Shown here piece after piece: positions 50,449-56,798 of a DNA stretch of 56,798 bases. Under the pieces are notes generated by a model, which was not told where the DNA came from, ran no database searches, and saw nothing but the letters and a program-made list of their open reading frames with translations. Numbering within the stretch: position 1 is the first letter of the stretch; every line of letters starts with the position of its first letter. Source of the DNA: Prorocentrum cordatum (Eukaryota). The stretch covers positions 62,001-118,798 of the forward strand of contig CAUYUJ010000066.1 of the NCBI GenBank assembly GCA_963575745.1, given 5' to 3'. The position numbers and the translations under genes are program-made.

Positions 50449-51398
50449 CTGTGCGGCAAGGGCCCCCGCACGCCAGCGGCGGGTGCGGGACCGGTCGGAG
50501 CCCTGCCACGAGGAGCACCGAATACAGTAGGGGCCCTTCCACAAGAAACCCAACCCTGAGACCCCAGGACGTCCATTGATTTTTGGCGTGGGAACGCCAC
50601 GCGTTCCATAGCAACACCATCGAAATCTACGAAACCCAAGGCAACCTGGAGGCAAGCAGGGTGTTTCTTGGCATGGGCCTCAACTGTAAGTGCCAGAGCC
50701 CCTCTGTGGTCCCAAATGCGCCCAGGCTGAAGAGCGGAAGAAAAACAACAAAAATCCCGAGCCCCTGTCTGAACACGGGTGGTCCTCGCTCCAGCATTCT
50801 GACTGCGGGGCGGCGACGTGCTTTTCCACCGCCTCCTCCTCCTGCCCCGGCTCCTTGCCCCCCCTCTGCCCTCTGCCTGCTCCTCGTCCCTTGAGGTCGC
50901 GGGGCCAGCTGCTTCACAGGGGCGACCTGTCCAGGTCTAGATTGCTTCGCCCACGGGATCCGTAACGGGGAGCTGGAACTCCACACGATGCTTCGCGCAG
51001 GAGTTCTTGCGATCAAGACCAGCTGCTGAAGCCAGGGGAAGAGCTGCGATCATGTCTCGCAGCGGTGCTGTAGCGGGGGACACGAGTTCGATGAGGCATC
51101 GCACGCTTGGGCCAACAGTCTTGATTATGAGGACGCCTCATGCGGCGGGGACAGCAAGAGCGCACCTCGTCCACGGGAGTGGGCGTCAGACCTTTCTGCT
51201 TAGCGTTAGGTTGGGCATGTCCTCCCACAGGCGGCTATTGGGCGAAACATTAGAAATGGTCCAAGCGTGTTCAAACACAGTCAACCAATAATCGCAAGAT
51301 CGTCCCCAGAGGGACAGCCCGACTTCAATTTAGCGGGGTGGCCAGCGGAGCGAGTCGGCAACGGCAGAGGCGACGGCCGCGGCCGCGGGCGGAGCGAC

Positions 51399-51424
51399 TC
51401 GCAGAGCGCCGCCACCGCGCCCTC
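51399..51424 (-). CDS. Exon of ARM-repeat-like host gene
   Basis: CAACAG|GAG...GA|GT; EGAVAALC(E), phase 2 joins exon 50448. Confidence 0.55.
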
Positions 51425-52339
51425 CTGTTGGGGGGCGCCGCAAGCCGTAATCCGCGCAAGGTGCGTTCATGTCCCTGGGCTTGGTCAACAACTACTCAAT
51501 CATATTTAAAATGATGATAGAAAGATCGTCCCGTGACTATTGTTGGACAATGTTTGAATATTCCTCCTGTTGAGGGACAGGCCCGACTCAACTCTGGGCC
51601 CCACCCGCGCTGTTCGGCGGGCCCCGACACACGAGGCCAACCCCCAAACCAGCTGTGTGCAAATGGAGCGCCATTTGGCGGCGCGCAGGGGGGGGGCAAG
51701 GGGAGGGGGAAGGCTTCTTAGAAGGAGGCTGCTTCTTAGAAGGCGCCGGCCTTCCATCTACAGACAAGGCCCGCGCCTTCTATCGGGGGCGCGCAGACGT
51801 GGATTAGCGATCTTTGGATTTGGCGCGCGGTCGCCAAATCCTTGGATCGGAGGAAATGCCGTCCCCAAAATGTGGTCCGTGCCGCCTCGCTCGGCGGCAG
51901 AAATCTACGATTTCCCAGGGAAACGCGACCCGTCGCTAATCCACGTCCCCTTGATCCATGTTTGCGATCGCCTGCTTCTAAGACGCAGTGGTGCTCCTAA
52001 GAACCCTTCCCCCCTCCCCCTACCCCCCTCCGCGCGTGGCCGAGCCATGACCTCGACCGGGATTGTGTGAGAGAACTGGAGGTCGCAAGCGGCTTGCAAA
52101 CCTACTCTTCTTCTCTTGAATTATGCGAAGAGTCCACTGAAATCCGCCTACGAGGCCTCTAGGCATCTGCCGCAAAATTCTGACTGCGTCGGGTTCCGCC
52201 AGGCTTTTAGCGGAAGGCGTGGGCAACGCCCCCAGACCTCCGACGTCACAATTCTCTCCAATCAATGCGTGCACTGAAGAGGCCCTCGCGGAGATTGGAG
52301 GACTTGGCGGAGGTCCTGAGTTCATTTCCGTGGGCGGCT

Positions 52340-52700
52340 GGGTTCCCAAGTTCCCTGTTCCAGGTTCCCGGGTTCCCGATTCCGGGTTCCGGGCCGATTT
52401 CGGTGGGCGCCTGGGTTTCTTGGGTTATCAATTCCTGGCTCCGGGGTTCCAAGCAATGGAAGGTCGGCTGGGTTCGCGGGTTCCCGTTCCTGGCAACACA
52501 AGGTTGGCTGGGTTACCGGTTACCGGTTCCATGGTTCCCGACAATGTACAATTGGCTAGGTTCCTGGGTTCCCGGTTCGGTGGGCGGCTGGGTTCCCAGG
52601 CTCCCTGTTCCCGATTCCTGGGTCCCTGGCAGTGTAATGTTTGGTGGGTTTCTGGCTCCCCCTTTTCCCGTCCTTGGTTTCCTGGCAGCGTAAGGTTCTT
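52340..52700. repeat. Degenerate GGTTCC(C/T) minisatellite
   Basis: Recurrent GGGTTCCCG/GGTTCCTG units. Confidence 0.7.
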
Positions 52701-53259
52701 GGGTTCTGAATGCCTTGGTTGTGGCCAAGTGCTTGGGTCTGTGATTGTCAAGAGTATATATACATATGGGTCAGAAAGTTGCGAGCAGATCTGATCAGAG
52801 GGATTGGACATATATATATATATACATATATACATATATGTATATATCTTTATATATATATATAGAGAGAGAGAGAGAAAAAAGGAAAGAGAACATACTT
52901 ACGAACACTGTGATATACCATATCGAAGGATGGATGGGGAGGTCAAAGCGAGACGGTATACAGCACATATCGAATACAGACAGCAGATGGCGAAGTTGGG
53001 TATAGAGAGAGAGAGAGAGAAGAGAGAGACAGAGAGAGAGAGAAGTACATGAAGAGAGAGAGAGAGAGAGAGAGCGAGGAAGAGCGAGGAACAAAGCAAT
53101 GAGACAGACACACATTAACATTGATTTCATATGTCGGAGGTTGGGGGGTGAGTCCGACGTGAAACGAGACCCCCCTACCGGGAAATCGATTTGGGTTTCG
53201 GGTTCGTGTCGTGCGTGCCGTGCGTGCGTGCAGGCGAGGCGAAGCTGCGTGGGCGGGCG

Positions 53260-54000
53260 AGAGGAAATCCTCCTGTGGCTGGGCCGCGGCCGGACCAAAT
53301 GATTCTCCTCTGGCGGCCGGTGGCTCGCGGTGTCCCGCCGGTCCCGCTGGTGTCCCGAAATCCTCCTGTGGCTGGGCCGCGGCCGGACCAAATGATTCTC
53401 CTCCGGCGGCCGGTGGCGCACGGTGTCCCGCCGGTGTCCCGCTCGTGTCCCGTGGTGTCCGCCGCTGCTAAAGCGAAGTCAAGACAAATGATTATCCCCC
53501 GCCCGCCCGTCCGGCGGTGGCTCGCGGTGTTCCGCGGTGTCCCGACGTGTCCCGTGGTGTCCCGTGGTGTCCCAAAAAGTGAGATCGATGGTGAGATCGA
53601 CAGGTGTCCCGTGGTGTCCCGTTGAATGAGATCGATATTGAGATCAATATTGAGATCGATACTGAACTCGATGTGGTGCCCCGAGGTGTCTCGTGGTGTC
53701 CCAAAAAGTGAGATCGATAGTGATATCGATACTGAGATCGACAGGTGTCCCGTGGTGTCCCGTGGTGTCCCGTTGGGTGAGATCGATAGTGAGATCGATG
53801 TGAAGTCCCGAGGTGTCCCGTTGTGTCCTATGGTGGCCCGTTGGGTGAGATCGATAATGAGATCGATAGTGAGACCGATAGTGAGATAGAGAGGTGTCCC
53901 GCGGTGTCCCGTTGAGTGAGATCGATAGTGAGATCGACAAATGTCCCGTGGTGCCCCGTGGTGTCCCGTTGAATGAGATCGTTCGTGAGATCGATTTAGT
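53260..54000. repeat. 93-bp duplication followed by alternating GTGTCCCGTG and GTGAGATCGATA satellite
   Basis: Visible tandem units. Confidence 0.75.
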
Positions 54001-54090
54001 CAGATGTTGGTTCCCCCCCCCTCTCCCCCCCCACAACCTCCTTTTCACCCGAAGGGCGGTCGTATAGGTATATACACATATATACACATA

Positions 54091-54131
54091 CTAGAACCAT
54101 CGCGCGCGTTTCGCGCGCGCTCAAGTTCTAG
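54091..54131 (-). mobile_element. Helitron-like 3' terminus
   Basis: CGCGCGCG-TTT-CGCGCGCG hairpin (54101-54119) followed on the minus strand by ATGGTT-CTAG then T. Confidence 0.45.
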
Positions 54132-55612
54132 CTAGGCTTGATGGGCTAAACCATGGAATATCATGTTTGTCGCTTCTTGCATCCAGGGACTCTCTTGGAG
54201 GCCCTGCACAAGCCTCGGAACCGTATGGGAAGGGAACTGCGGAAAAGCGGAAATCATTACTTCCCGTCAGGTATTCAACGATTTGTTTGGGGCCCTCAAA
54301 GCCTTCCCGGTTTCTTCTCTGGGAGCTGAGGGGGGCAGTAAGTGTGGTCTATTGCGCAAGAGTGGACAGGGGGACAACTGGACAAACAAACGAATTGTGG
54401 GATCTGTGGGTTAGAAATGTTCTAGATACAGGCCACGGTCCGTTGGGATGCCTCTCGGGACCTTCGTGCAACAATAAGAATGTGGTGAGTTTGAAATGAA
54501 AGGAATTTAAATGTTCCGACTCATGGGATCATGGGATCTGGATTTCTATGGTGGTTTCAGGGGAAGCCAAAAGGACGCGAAGACGATCCAAGAGAGTGCC
54601 AAGACAGCGTCAGAGAGTTCAACAATATTCCCGACACATCTTTGCATGTGATTCCGAAGTCTTCATGGGGCTCGAGGAAGAGGATAGGGAGTAGGAGCCC
54701 CAACTTGAAAAACATAATTTCTGAAATCATCATTTTTCAAGTTCCTCGGCCTTTGAGCGTTGGAAGCGGGAAAACCTGAGAAGGCGAAAAACGCAGACAA
54801 AACCACTGGAAAGCTCTCGAAGCTCTCTTGGGCTGTTTTGGGGGCCTCGTCGGGGCTTCCTGGGGGGCCTCTCAGGGGTCTGGGGTGTGTTGAAGGCCTC
54901 TGGAGGGTCGCGGAGTCCTCTCGGAGGTCTCTGGAGGCCTCCTGCTCCCGCTCTTGGGCTCATCTTGGGCCTGTTCCGGGGTGGTCTGGAGCTGTCCTGG
55001 GCGCCTCTTCGGCAGTCTTGGGGCCGTCTTGGCCCTTCTTAGGGCCGTCTTGGGGGCCTCTTGAGCGGTCTTGGGGCGGTCTTGGGTCTTGGGGGCCTCT
55101 TCGGCCGTGTTGGAGCGTTGGAATCATGAAATGAGAAAGCCAAAAACAATGAAAAACAATGACAATTCACAATTTTACGTTCTCCGGGCGCTCTCGGGAG
55201 GCCTCTCGGAGCTCTCTTGAGGTCTCTTGGAGGCCTCCTGGGAGCCTGGAGAGCCGCCCGAAAGGTATCCTGGGTTGCTTGGGAGCGTCTTGGGCCGTTC
55301 TTTTACGTTCTGGGGGCTTCTTGGGGTCGTCTTGGGCTGTCTTAGGGCATTTGGGGGGCTCCCCGGGAGGCCGGGAAACGCGGTACCGGGAGCGTAACCC
55401 ACATGTGATCGAGTTGGAGGACGCCCCGGGAGGGGGCCCGGCCTATTTGTTTTTGTTATATACACACATACATGTGCATGGAGCTGAGAGCATGTCTGTA
55501 AGGATCTGTGGAAACAAGTGCAGAGCGAGGTGTGAGGGCAAGTCAAGTTAAGCAGATCCCCTAGGTATATGAAACATACACCATCGAACACATAGAGAAG
55601 ATAGAGCTATGC

Positions 55613-55645
<33 letters not shown>

Positions 55646-56003
55646 CAAACAAAAAAAGAAAACACACAAAAAGGAAAGGGCAGGCGTGGCCTGCATGCGG
55701 ACTATCTAAGACATATACTGATTTTTGGGGGTTCTCTCCAGTGTGATTTAATTGTCGTGGCACTTGGACCTCTCGACCTGGTTCCCAAAGGGCTTGCTCA
55801 TCCCGTGCCCGTGTTTGCACGGCCCCAGAAGCCTTACATGGGCCCGTGGATGCTGAACGCTCATAGCGAAATCGGCCGTCTCGGACCTCCCCATGAGGCG
55901 CGCACCGACCACAACTCCGAGGCGAATCCAGCACTGGTGACGAAGTCCTCCGAGGAGGCCGCAGCCCCACCCTCCAGAACTGGGGAAACAAACAATGGCA
56001 TAA

Positions 56004-56156
56004 ATATAAAAACTCTGAGGTCCGCGCGGATTTCTCGGATCGGCGTTGGACCCCCCTCCTTGGCGCGCAGAGCGCGCCAGGGGCGGCGCCAGAGGCGCTG
56101 CCAGAGGTCTCCAGCGCCGATCCGAGAAATCCGCGCAGACCTCCGAGTTGTTATAT
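56004..56156. mobile_element. MITE family B copy
   Basis: ATATAAAAACTCTGAGGTCCGCGCGGATTTCTCGGATCGGCG vs CGCCGATCCGAGAAATCCGCGCAGACCTCCGAGTTGTTATAT. Confidence 0.7.
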
Positions 56157-56377
56157 TTCCCTACCTAGGCTCTGCCTAGAAGGGTTCTTACTCGCTTGGC
56201 TTAAAGGGGCCGGGCAGTGCAAACGCCCCGGGCGGTTCCCCCAGTCCCCTGGGAGCCAAGCAAAAGCAACAGCAAAGGTAAAAGCAAACGCGCGGTTCCC
56301 CCAGTTGCGCTCCCTGGGTGCCAAGCAAAAGCAAAAGCAAAGGCAATCGTGAAGGCAAAAACGAAGGCAAAGCAAAC

Positions 56378-56651
56378 GCATAGCATAGCATAGCATAGCA
56401 TAGCATAACGCAGCATAGCATAGCGCAGCATAGCATAGCATAGCATAACATAGCCTAGCCTAGCCCAGCATAGCATTGCGCAGCATATATTAGCATATCA
56501 TAGCATAGCATAGCGCAGCACAGCATCCACTATAGAACTCCCCAATGCCCGCCCTCATCTCCGTGCCTGCTTGCTTTTGCTGCTGTCTCGGCGACTTGCT
56601 GCCTGCTTCTGCTGCTGCTTCACTTATGGCGTGGCGTCGGCGGTTCGGGCG

Positions 56652-56732
<81 letters not shown>

Positions 56733-56748
56733 GTACTACTACTACTAG

Positions 56749-56779
<31 letters not shown>

Positions 56780-56798
56780 GCTGCTACTACTTCTACTA
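56378..56798. repeat. (GCATA)n (about 56378-56520) and (CTA)n (about 56655-end) microsatellites
   Basis: Visible runs. Confidence 0.9.

Noticed and set aside
55877..55979. Candidate upstream exon LEGGAAASSEDFVT
   Set aside because: Plausible acceptor but no unambiguous donor or phase link to the 51424 exon

Overview
GC-rich, repeat-dense eukaryotic nuclear DNA, most likely dinoflagellate (inference from relic spliced-leader sequences, GC/GA splice donors and dinoflagellate-type retroelements). Almost all listed ORFs are artefacts of high GC and microsatellites. What the sequence supports: (1) two tandem minus-strand copies of a folate-receptor-domain gene, each with a relic spliced leader upstream and a TIR/TSD Introner-like intron; (2) a minus-strand armadillo-repeat-like host gene reconstructed by eye from 8 small exons between 10.7 and 51.4 kb; (3) inside its introns, a full-length degenerate Ty1/copia element (17535-23727) with an extra C5 cytosine-methyltransferase-like domain between integrase and RT, a near-full-length LINE (ORF1 with RanBP2-type Zn finger; ORF2 with APE, RT, RNase H) and a truncated LINE endonuclease; (4) many non-autonomous TIR elements, a Helitron-like terminus, satellites and microsatellites. 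The copia relic appears to decay directionally TpG/CpA->CpG, the reverse of normal CpG decay. All calls come from manual reading; no searches were run.
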